A stretch of DNA of 32,000 nucleotides, taken from Candidatus Methylomirabilis oxygeniifera (GTDB lineage: Bacteria; Methylomirabilota; Methylomirabilia; Methylomirabilales; Methylomirabilaceae). How positions within the stretch are numbered: position 1 is the stretch's first letter; each line of letters starts with the position of its first letter. Positions 17,814 through 25,998 of the stretch are shown piece after piece. The position numbers and the translations under genes were made by a program. The stretch lies in assembly GCA_000091165.1 (NCBI GenBank), contig FP565575.1:90001-122000 (forward strand). The letters are read 5' to 3'. The notes under the pieces are model-generated. The model did no database searches and had not been told where the DNA came from. It saw only the letters and a list, made by a program, of their open reading frames with translations.

Positions 17814-19718
17814 ATGGGGAAGCCGTTATCCGGTTCTACGATGGCAGGCATGATCGCCGGCGCGCTCATGCTGGCTATCGCTTCTGGCAGTGCGCTCGCC
17901 AATGAAGAGATCGTTCGGGCGAGCAAAAATCCTGATCTGTGGCCCGCGCCGGGCCGGGATCTGGCCATGACGCGTCATAGCCCGCTCAAAGACATCAATA
18001 CCGCCAACGTCGGGAAGCTGCAGATGATGTGGTCGCAATCCACCGGTGCGTTGCGTGGCCATCAGGGTCAGCCGATCGTGGTCGAGGTGGCTGGAACGCC
18101 GATGATGTTTTTTGTGAGTCCCTGGCCGAATATCGTGCAGGCGTTGGACCTGTCCGATCCTGATCATCCGAAGCAGGTGTGGAACTACAAGAAGAAAACC
18201 GACCGTGATGAGTTGGCGGTGACTCGCGCGTGTTGCGATACGATTAACCGGGGCCTGAACTATGCCGACGGCAAGGTGGTCTTTCATACCCTCGACGGAT
18301 ATGTCATCGCGCTGGACGCCAAGACCGGCAAAGAGATTTGGACGGTCAAGCATGCCTGGTCGGATAAGGGTGAAACGATTACCGGCCCGACGCTGATCGC
18401 CGAGAATAAGGTCATCATCGGGTTCGGCGGCGACGAGTTCGCCGCGCGCGGCCGGGTGACCGCGTATGACCTGAAGACCGGCAAGCAGGTGTGGAACTGC
18501 CACAGCACCGGGTCCGACAAGGATGTGTGCCTGACCCCGGAGACCAACAAGGCCAATCCGCATTACGGGACGTACGGCAAGAACCTCGGCATGATCACCT
18601 ATCCCAATGACGAGTGGAAGATCGGCGGTGGCGCGCCCTGGGAATGGTTTACCTATGACCCGGAGTTGAGGCTCGTGTACGTGCCGACGGGCAACCCCGG
18701 GCACTGGAGTCCATCCTATCGGTGCGGTGAAACCGGCGCAAACCTGACTCACGAAAAGTGTAACCAATACGACCCCGAGTTGCGCAGCGGCAGATGGGAC
18801 AACAAGTGGGCGATGACGATCTTCGCCAGAAAGATCGATACCGGCGAGGCGGTATGGGCGTACCAGATGACCACCTTCGACCAGTGGGACTACGACGGCG
18901 TCAACGAACCCGTCCTGGTGGACATGAAGGTCGACGGCAAAATGCGCAAGACGCTGGTCCACTTCGACCGTAACGGGTTTGCCTATGTGCTTGACCGTGC
19001 CGATGGGACTCTGTTGCGCGCGCATAAGTTTTTCCCCCTCAACTGGGCCGAGAAGGTCGACCTCAAGACCGGCCGTCCGGTGAAGATCAAGGAGCATTCG
19101 CCCTTCGCTCGTCATGTCAGCACGCAGGTCTGCCCGTCTTCGCTTGGCGCCAAGAACCAACAACCGATTGCGATCGATCCCAAAGAACCGCACATCGCCT
19201 ATGTGGCGACCAACTGGTGGTGCATGGAATACGAGCCGCAAGAGCGCACCCACACCCAGCAGGGCATGCTCTATGTCTTTGCGAACGTCTTCACGTATCC
19301 GATCGAGAAGGGTGTCGCGAGCAAGGTGCAGAAGTTCAACGTGCTGACCGGCGAGACCGAGTGGGCTATTCCGGATGCCTATCCGGACTGGGGCGGCATG
19401 CTGACGACCGATGGCGACCTACTGTTCTACGGCAGCCTGAGCGGAGATTTTCGCGCGGTCGATCGGAAGTCCGGCAAGGTCCTGTGGAGCCGTAAACTGG
19501 GCTCCGGCATCATCGGCAACCCGATCACGTACAAGATCAAGGGCAAGCAGTACGTGTCGGTATTGGCCGGTATCGGCGGCTGGATCGGTCTGCCGGTGAC
19601 GGCCGAGCTCGACTTTGACGACAAGTATGGAGCCATCGGCGCCACCGCTATGGCCAAGCTGACCGGGCTCGATAAGATTCCGCAGGGTGGCGTGCTCTAC
19701 ACCTTCCGTATCGATTGA
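17814..19718 (+). CDS. xoxF: PQQ-dependent methanol dehydrogenase, lanthanide (XoxF) type
   Basis: Signal peptide, RACCDTINRG, and QWDYDGVNE with the extra Asp diagnostic of XoxF. RBS GAGGAGGG before ATG 17814 (track also offers GTG 17805). Confidence 0.95.
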   Translation: MGKPLSGSTMAGMIAGALMLAIASGSALANEEIVRASKNPDLWPAPGRDLAMTRHSPLKDINTANVGKLQMMWSQSTGALRGHQGQPIVVEVAGTPMMFFVSPWPNIVQALDLSDPDHPKQVWNYKKKTDRDELAVTRACCDTINRGLNYADGKVVFHTLDGYVIALDAKTGKEIWTVKHAWSDKGETITGPTLIAENKVIIGFGGDEFAARGRVTAYDLKTGKQVWNCHSTGSDKDVCLTPETNKANPHYGTYGKNLGMITYPNDEWKIGGGAPWEWFTYDPELRLVYVPTGNPGHWSPSYRCGETGANLTHEKCNQYDPELRSGRWDNKWAMTIFARKIDTGEAVWAYQMTTFDQWDYDGVNEPVLVDMKVDGKMRKTLVHFDRNGFAYVLDRADGTLLRAHKFFPLNWAEKVDLKTGRPVKIKEHSPFARHVSTQVCPSSLGAKNQQPIAIDPKEPHIAYVATNWWCMEYEPQERTHTQQGMLYVFANVFTYPIEKGVASKVQKFNVLTGETEWAIPDAYPDWGGMLTTDGDLLFYGSLSGDFRAVDRKSGKVLWSRKLGSGIIGNPITYKIKGKQYVSVLAGIGGWIGLPVTAELDFDDKYGAIGATAMAKLTGLDKIPQGGVLYTFRID

Positions 19719-19813
19719 TCGTGTCACGATCCCGAATGCGCTGTCGATCTGATGGTTGCCGGCGGGTGGCATCAGTCCACCCGCCGGTGCCGTCGTATGT
19801 GAGGTCGATTCGT

Positions 19814-21532
19814 ATGTCGTTGTTGAAGCAGTGCGGAACCGTACTCCTCGCCTGCGCGCTCAGCGTCACGGTCGCGCCTGCGTTTGTAATCGCCGACATC
19901 GGGCATGATGGGGGCGCGCCCAGCGTCAACGTTGCGCCTGCCTCTGCAACCGAGGGCAGCGCGTTGCTGCGGGTGTGCGCCGATCCCGGAAATATGCCGC
20001 TGTCGAATAATAAGGGAGAAGGCTTCCAGAACAAGATCGCAGAGATCCTCGCGCAGGCGATGGGCGCGCAGCTTACGTATTACTACCGACCGTATCTGGA
20101 GCGAGGCCTCACCAGCCAAACCGTGGATGCCGATCGGTGTGACATGCTGATGGATATACCGTCGGGCGAGGAACGTCTGCTGACCACCAAGCCGGTCTAT
20201 CGCAGTACCTTTGTGCTGGTCTACCGCAACGACAAAGGATACGCCTTCAAGGGTCTGGACGACCCCAGATTACTCAACGACCTCAAGGTCGGCGTCTTCC
20301 AGCATTCCGCGGCGCGGCAGGTATTGCAGGAGCGCGGCCTCGCACGCGGCAACACCATTGTGCATGCCGTCAGCTACGATACCGATGTCAACCCCGAACG
20401 GCAGCCGTCACGGCAGATCCGACAGGTGATCGACGGCCGACTGGATGTAGCTGCCATCTGGGGGCCGATGGCCGGCTGGTACAAGGCCGTCGAAGGCGCG
20501 CCGCTGACGATCCTGCCAATGAACCTCATGGATGATGCCACGCCATTGGAGTTTGAGTTGAGCGTGGGCATGCGGAGGGGCGCCGAGGAGTTGAAGACCA
20601 GGATCGAACAGGCACTGGTGCGCGAGCAGGCGCGTATCCGCCGGACATTGGAGGAGTACGGGGTGCCGCTGGTCGAATGCGCGCGGTGTCTGGTGTCGGG
20701 CACGCTGCCTTCGCATGGGCCTTACACGCCGCCCGCGCCCGTTACGGCAACGTCCCCACCGGCGGCGGCGCCCGACATGACGCAGGTGGCCTTGCAGACC
20801 GACGCCGCGCTGGCCGGCGGCGGGACGCTCGATGAGGAGTTGCACTACGCAATCCTGGCCAGTCAGCCCAAGCGGGCCGACTACCTGATCGCGCGTGGTG
20901 CCGATGTTAACGGCCGGGATGCGCAGAACCAGACGCCGCTGATGACGGCGGTCATGCACGGTCACGAACCGGTAGTCGCTCTCTTGCTGAACCGCAAGGC
21001 CGATCCGAACAGGGCGGACAACGACGGCTGGACCGCCCTGATGCGCGCCGTCCAGCGCGACGACCCTACCATGGTGCGCCTGCTGGCCGCACATGGCGCC
21101 GACCCCGAAGCGATCAATCGGAACGGCATGAGCGCGCTCACCATGGCGGCGCTGCACGGCAAGAGCCTAGCGGCAGCCGCCCTGCTGGAAAGCGGGGCAA
21201 AGGTTGACAGTGCGATCGGGACGGCGCGCTACACGCCGCTGATGATTTCGGTGTTCTCCGGCACGCAGCCTGTCGCACAGGCACTGTTGCGATATGGCGC
21301 GCAGGTCAACGCCCGTAACGGCGGCGGTCTGACGGCGTTGATGATCGCCGCGGCCTCTAATCGGCCAGAGATGGTTGCGCTGTTGCTCGGCGCAGGCGCG
21401 GATGCCGCACTCAAGGACGCAGAGGGGAGGACCGCGCTGGCGCTGGCGCGAGAGCGCGATGCCGCCACTGTCGTCAGCCTGCTCACGGGAAGGTCGGCCG
21501 TAGGCAGTGCGGCGAAGCCTGCTGCGCAGTAG
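19814..21532 (+). CDS. xoxJ: XoxJ/MxaJ-like periplasmic binding protein fused to C-terminal ankyrin repeats
   Basis: N-terminal LRVCADPGNMPLSNNKGEGFQNKIAEILAQAMG...DRCDMLMDIPSGEERLLTTKPVYRSTFVLVYRNDKG. From ~20830 on, repeats such as ADVNGRDAQNQTPLMTAVMHGHEPVVALLLNRKADPNRADNDGWTALMRAVQRDDPTMVRLLAAHGADPEAINRNGMSALTMAALHG. Confidence 0.9.
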   Translation: MSLLKQCGTVLLACALSVTVAPAFVIADIGHDGGAPSVNVAPASATEGSALLRVCADPGNMPLSNNKGEGFQNKIAEILAQAMGAQLTYYYRPYLERGLTSQTVDADRCDMLMDIPSGEERLLTTKPVYRSTFVLVYRNDKGYAFKGLDDPRLLNDLKVGVFQHSAARQVLQERGLARGNTIVHAVSYDTDVNPERQPSRQIRQVIDGRLDVAAIWGPMAGWYKAVEGAPLTILPMNLMDDATPLEFELSVGMRRGAEELKTRIEQALVREQARIRRTLEEYGVPLVECARCLVSGTLPSHGPYTPPAPVTATSPPAAAPDMTQVALQTDAALAGGGTLDEELHYAILASQPKRADYLIARGADVNGRDAQNQTPLMTAVMHGHEPVVALLLNRKADPNRADNDGWTALMRAVQRDDPTMVRLLAAHGADPEAINRNGMSALTMAALHGKSLAAAALLESGAKVDSAIGTARYTPLMISVFSGTQPVAQALLRYGAQVNARNGGGLTALMIAAASNRPEMVALLLGAGADAALKDAEGRTALALARERDAATVVSLLTGRSAVGSAAKPAAQ

Positions 21533-21554
21533 CGAGTCTGGAAACCTGGGACGA

Positions 21555-21603
21555 TTTTCTGAGCATAGCCCATGTGTCACCGGTACACCACGGCGCATGA
21601 AAA
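21555..21603. repeat. Dispersed repeat, copy 2 (copy 1 at 6077-6128)
   Basis: See copy 1; TTTTCTGAGCATAGCCCATG...CACCACGGCGCATGAAAA. Confidence 0.7.
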
Positions 21604-21692
21604 CCCCCTTAATCCCCCTTTACGAAAGGGGGAGGCATTGAGGCGTATCAGGAATATCCCCCCCTTTACGAAAGGGGGGTCAGGGGGGTTTG
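21601..21692. repeat. 92-bp inverted-repeat element made of two hairpins
   Basis: CCCCCTTT-ACG-AAAGGGGG (21614-21632) and CCCCCCTTT-ACG-AAAGGGGGG (21659-21679), outer ends AAACCCCC / GGGGGGTTT. Confidence 0.8.
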
Positions 21693-21732
21693 TCTGAAGT
21701 TGAACGCTATTTTCTAAGGAAGGAGTCGAACC

Positions 21733-22332
21733 GTGACGTTTCGCAATGTTGGCAGCATCGCCGTAATGAGCATCGCCTTCCTCTCCGCCTGCGGGACCGC
21801 CGGCACAACGGCGCAACCGGTCGCCGCGCCGGATCGGACGCAGCAGCCTGCTCCGCCCACGCCGGCCGAACCTGCGGCGGTCGGATCGACATCGGCGGTA
21901 CAGACGATCACCGCCCCTGCCGTGCCCGCCGGTCTCGACGGTCGGCCCATCGACCGCACCAATGCCAGCACGCCAGGCTCACTCAAGAATCCGTATGCCA
22001 ATGCGACTGAAGAGATCATCGCGCAGGGCCGTGAACGGTACCTGGCCTATGGCTGCAACGGCTGCCACGGCGGCGGAGGCGGGGGCGGTATGGGGCCACC
22101 GTTGTCCAACGAGGTCTGGGTCTACGGCAGCGATGACGACACGCTGTTCCGGTTGACGGCGATCGGGAGCGTCGAGTTGCAAAAGCTTGGGTACGCGCGT
22201 AAGAGCCGCGAGGGAGTCGTCGCTCCGATGTTGCCCTATGGTCAACTGATCAAAACTGAGGATGAACTGTGGAAGATGATCGCCTTTATCCGCACCACCT
22301 ATCGTGGCGATCCGTCGCGCAAGAACTGGTGA
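21733..22332 (+). CDS. xoxG: c-type cytochrome of the xox cluster (XoxG-like)
   Basis: Secretion/lipobox-like FLSACG, Pro-rich linker, heme motif CNGCH, C-terminal ...DELWKMIAFIRTTYRGDPSRKNW. RBS AAGGAAGGAG before GTG 21733. Confidence 0.75.
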   Translation: MTFRNVGSIAVMSIAFLSACGTAGTTAQPVAAPDRTQQPAPPTPAEPAAVGSTSAVQTITAPAVPAGLDGRPIDRTNASTPGSLKNPYANATEEIIAQGRERYLAYGCNGCHGGGGGGGMGPPLSNEVWVYGSDDDTLFRLTAIGSVELQKLGYARKSREGVVAPMLPYGQLIKTEDELWKMIAFIRTTYRGDPSRKNW

Positions 22333-22337
22333 TCCTC

Positions 22338-23297
22338 ATGAAGAAGACGGCGCTGTGTGTTGTCGTGTTCGCTTATCTGGTTACGCGAGGAGCTTCGGCA
22401 TCGGCCGAGTCTCGGGCGTATGTGACCAACGAAGCGTCCAACGATCTGTCCGTCATCGATACTGCCTCCCGACGGGTGGTCGCCACCATCAAGGTTGGGG
22501 ATCGACCTCGAGGCGTAGCCGTGTCCCCGGATGGCAGCCGCGTCTATATCGCGAACGCGAACTCCAACAACCTGACGGTCATCGATACGGCTACCCTCAC
22601 GGTGAAGGCGACGGTTCCGGCTGGGATCGAACCGGAGGGCGATCCGGAAGGGATCGCCGTGACCCCGGATGGAAAGCAACTCTACGTCGTCAACGAAAAT
22701 CCCGGCACCGTCTCCGTGATCGATACGGCCACCCATCAGCTCGTTGCGACAGTAACGGTAGGGGTGGAGCCGGAAACGGTTGCCGTGAGTCCCGATGGGC
22801 GATGGGTCTACGTCACCAATGAAACCTCCCACGATGTCCACGTCATCGACACTTCCGCCGATCGTGTCATCGCCAAGATCAAGGTGGGCGCCAACCCCCG
22901 TGGGGTGAGTTTTACGCCCGATGGGAAGCGGGCCTATGTGGGATGCGAGCGCGACGGGACGGTCTCCGTGATCGACACGGCTGCCCGCCGGGTGATCGCC
23001 ACCATCCCGGTAGGGGAGCGTCCGGTGGGGACGGTCGTGAGCCACGACGGGAAAAAGGTCTATGTGGCCCACGGTCGGTCGTATGAGGTGTGGGTCCTGG
23101 ATACGAGGACCCATCAGGTGCTGACCAAGATCCCGACGCAGGAGCGGTCATGGTGGGTCGCGTTGACCCCGGATGGAAGGGAGCTGTACGTCACGGTCCA
23201 CGGTGGCGGCCGCGTGGCGGTCATCGACACCACTCACGACCGGCTGCTTACAACCATACCGGCAGGGACGAAGCCCTGGGGCGTGGCGGTCAGGTAA
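22338..23297 (+). CDS. Secreted YVTN-type beta-propeller protein
   Basis: Signal peptide MKKTALCVVVFAYLVTRGASASA, ~7 repeats (RAYVTNEASNDLSVIDTASRRVVATIKVGDRPRGVAVSPDG). Confidence 0.9.
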   Translation: MKKTALCVVVFAYLVTRGASASAESRAYVTNEASNDLSVIDTASRRVVATIKVGDRPRGVAVSPDGSRVYIANANSNNLTVIDTATLTVKATVPAGIEPEGDPEGIAVTPDGKQLYVVNENPGTVSVIDTATHQLVATVTVGVEPETVAVSPDGRWVYVTNETSHDVHVIDTSADRVIAKIKVGANPRGVSFTPDGKRAYVGCERDGTVSVIDTAARRVIATIPVGERPVGTVVSHDGKKVYVAHGRSYEVWVLDTRTHQVLTKIPTQERSWWVALTPDGRELYVTVHGGGRVAVIDTTHDRLLTTIPAGTKPWGVAVR

Positions 23298-23328
23298 ACC
23301 ACCGGTCCGCATGTATGGAGGGTGCACA

Positions 23329-25674
23329 ATGAGAGTGAGGGTGCTCTGGTACGTGGCGATAGGGTTGATCTGGCTCGTGGCTGGGATGATGCCGCGCGCG
23401 TGGGCGGAAACGGATCAGTCGGAACCGGGGGAAAGTCCCCTCAAGGCCTTTGAGCTCCCGGCGGTGGAGGTGATCGAGCATACCCCTCTGTCGGCTCTCG
23501 GTATTCCCATCGGGAAATACCCGGGGAACGTGCAGGAGATCACGTCTGAGGAGATCGAGAGTCAGAACCCGCTTGATATCTCGGAAATGTTCTACCGGAA
23601 CCTCAGCTCGGTCAATATCAATGCTGCTCAGAACAACCCTTGGCAGAATGATGTGACCTACCGTGGTTTTCTCGCCTCGCCCCTGACCGGCAGCCCCATC
23701 GGGCTGTCCGTGTATCTGGACGGCATGCGCTTCAACGACGGATTCGGGGAAACGATGAACTGGGACCTGACTCCCCAGTCCGCCATCGCGGAAATCGACG
23801 TGATTCCCGGTTCCAACCCTGTCTTCGGTTTGAATACTCTCGGTGGCGCGCTTAACATCCGCACCAAGCGCGGCTTCGATTTGCAGGGTACGGAAGTCGA
23901 AGCGTCTGGAGGATCCTTCGGACGCTGGGCTGTGGAGGCGGAGCACGGCGCTGTGCACGGTCCGTTTGACTTGTATCTGACATTCAACACCCTGGACGAA
24001 AGCGGCTGGCGCGAGCACTCGCCGAGTGAGTTGCGACAATTATTCAGTAGAATCGGGTGGAAAACGGAGCGCACTGACCTCAACCTCAACTACATCTGGG
24101 CCGACAACGATCTCATCGGCAACGGCTTCGTCCCGGAGAGTACACTGGCGAGAGACCGTGATGCCGTCCATACCTTCCCTGATCGGACCGGGAATCGTAT
24201 GCACCTGCTCAACCTGCGCGGGAGTCGTCGGATCACGGATGCCCTGCTGCTCTCTGGGAACGGGTTCTATCGCTACTACAAGCGTAAGACCCTGAATGGG
24301 GATGCCGAGGTCGGCTGTGTGGATGACGCCACCGGGGCGGGGGTCGTCGACGCCGGCGGCCGTCCGCTGCACCTTGGGCTGTGCGAGGGTTCGGCCGTCG
24401 GATTCTTTGATGAGGATGGCAATCCGCTGGCCGGAGCACTGGAGCGCGAAGCCGAGGGTGAGGACCGGACGACGAGAACCCGCACCCATGACTTTGGCGG
24501 AACGTTCCAACTCTCGCATAGCGGCGCCATCATGGGCCGTACCAACCGGCTGACGGTTGGATTTGCCTTCGATCGCCACCAAAGCCATTATAACCAGCGC
24601 GAGGCCGAATCCGAGCTGGTGCCGGACGGCAACAGTGTGGGCACGGAACGCGAGGGACCCTTCGAGACGGAGGTCAACGTCGGCACCCGGCAGGATAATG
24701 CCGGTTTCTATATTACCAACACCTTCGATCTCGCCGAGCGTCTGGCGCTGACGTTGTCCGGGCGGTATCAGCATGTGGACATCAACATACGCGACCGGTC
24801 TGGCGAGAACGACGATCTTAACGGCCACCATACATTCGAGCGCTTCAGTCCTGCCGTAGGATTGACGTTTCAAGCGCTGAAGAACGCCACGCTCTTCTTC
24901 TCCTATAGCGAGGGCTTTCGCGCCCCCACTCCGGCGGAACTGACGTGCGCCGATGAGAACGATCCGTGCAATCTGCCGAATGCGTTTGTCGCCGATCCGC
25001 CGCTCAACAAGGTCGTCGCCCGCACGTACGAGTTCGGCGCGCGCGGCCGTCTGCCGATCGGAAATGGGGTGCGGTGGAACGCCGGCTTCTTCCGCACCGA
25101 CTTAAGCAACGACATCCTGTTTACCGTCGTTGAAACCGGCGGGGCCGGCTTTTTCCAGAATGTTGACGCGACGCGCCGCCAGGGCGTCGAGGTCGGTGTA
25201 CAGGGTCGGTGGAAGCGATTGAAATACTTTGGAAACTACGCGTACGTTGATGCCACCTACCAGTCCGACGTGACGCTTGCGAGCGTGACGGACCCCGGCG
25301 GCGTGCGGGTCAAGGATGGCGATGTGATTCCCGGCATCCCAAAGCACAATGCCAAGGTTGGGGCAGAGTATGCCCTGCTGGACAATCTCTGGATCGGCGG
25401 CAACGTGATCGCCGTGTCCGGCAACTATCTCCGCGGCGACGACGGCAACAACCAAAGCAAGACGGATGCCTACGCGATACTGAATCTTCACGCCCGCTAC
25501 GTGCCGATCAAGAACCTGGAGATCTGGACGCGCATCGACAACGTGACCGATACCGACTACGAGACGGCAGGCACGCTCAATTTTAATGCCTTCGGCAGCC
25601 CCATCGCCGTTGAGCGATTCGTCGCCCCGGGATCGCCCGTTGCCGGCTGGGTCGGTGTCAAGTTACGCTTCTGA
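23329..25674 (+). CDS. TonB-dependent outer-membrane receptor
   Basis: Signal peptide (MRVRVLWYVAIGLIWLVAGMMPRAWA), plug domain (VTYRGFLASPLTGSPIGLSVYLDGMRFNDGFGETMNWDLTPQSAIAEIDVIPGSNPVFGLNTLGGALNIRTKRG), barrel ending WVGVKLRF. ATG at 23329 with GGAGGG upstream. Confidence 0.95.
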   Translation: MRVRVLWYVAIGLIWLVAGMMPRAWAETDQSEPGESPLKAFELPAVEVIEHTPLSALGIPIGKYPGNVQEITSEEIESQNPLDISEMFYRNLSSVNINAAQNNPWQNDVTYRGFLASPLTGSPIGLSVYLDGMRFNDGFGETMNWDLTPQSAIAEIDVIPGSNPVFGLNTLGGALNIRTKRGFDLQGTEVEASGGSFGRWAVEAEHGAVHGPFDLYLTFNTLDESGWREHSPSELRQLFSRIGWKTERTDLNLNYIWADNDLIGNGFVPESTLARDRDAVHTFPDRTGNRMHLLNLRGSRRITDALLLSGNGFYRYYKRKTLNGDAEVGCVDDATGAGVVDAGGRPLHLGLCEGSAVGFFDEDGNPLAGALEREAEGEDRTTRTRTHDFGGTFQLSHSGAIMGRTNRLTVGFAFDRHQSHYNQREAESELVPDGNSVGTEREGPFETEVNVGTRQDNAGFYITNTFDLAERLALTLSGRYQHVDINIRDRSGENDDLNGHHTFERFSPAVGLTFQALKNATLFFSYSEGFRAPTPAELTCADENDPCNLPNAFVADPPLNKVVARTYEFGARGRLPIGNGVRWNAGFFRTDLSNDILFTVVETGGAGFFQNVDATRRQGVEVGVQGRWKRLKYFGNYAYVDATYQSDVTLASVTDPGGVRVKDGDVIPGIPKHNAKVGAEYALLDNLWIGGNVIAVSGNYLRGDDGNNQSKTDAYAILNLHARYVPIKNLEIWTRIDNVTDTDYETAGTLNFNAFGSPIAVERFVAPGSPVAGWVGVKLRF

Positions 25675-25689
25675 CGCCTGACATTCCAT

Positions 25690-25843
25690 CGATCGCGGAT
25701 GGGGTCCTGCCGCGTGCTGCGGAACTCGTGGATAGTTCGAATCGCCGTTCTCCTCCGGTCCAAGGCTTCCCTGCGTAGAACGGCGATGTTGTATGGTGCG
25801 CTCAGACAGGTCCTCGCACACTCCAGGACCCCATCCGCGATCG
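25690..25843. repeat. 154-bp nested inverted-repeat element
   Basis: Perfect 20-bp terminal inverted repeat CGATCGCGGATGGGGTCCTG (25690-25709) / CAGGACCCCATCCGCGATCG (25824-25843). Internal perfect 11-bp pair ATCGCCGTTCT (25741-25751) / AGAACGGCGAT (25777-25787). Confidence 0.85.
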
Positions 25844-25998
25844 AGCAATGACGATACTTGGGGGCTTATAGCAATTCGTCAATCCCACCCAGCCGATCAA
25901 TGTTCCGGTCGGTGCCGGTTACCGATTCTAAGATTACTGAGGCATGCTTAAGGAAAAAACTCTTCTCTTGTTTTGGGCGTATCCGTTATAATTAGTGC

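Noticed and set aside
22304-22822. 172-aa ORF overlapping the beta-propeller start
   Set aside because: Alternative-frame reading of the 22338-23297 gene without signal peptide or motif.
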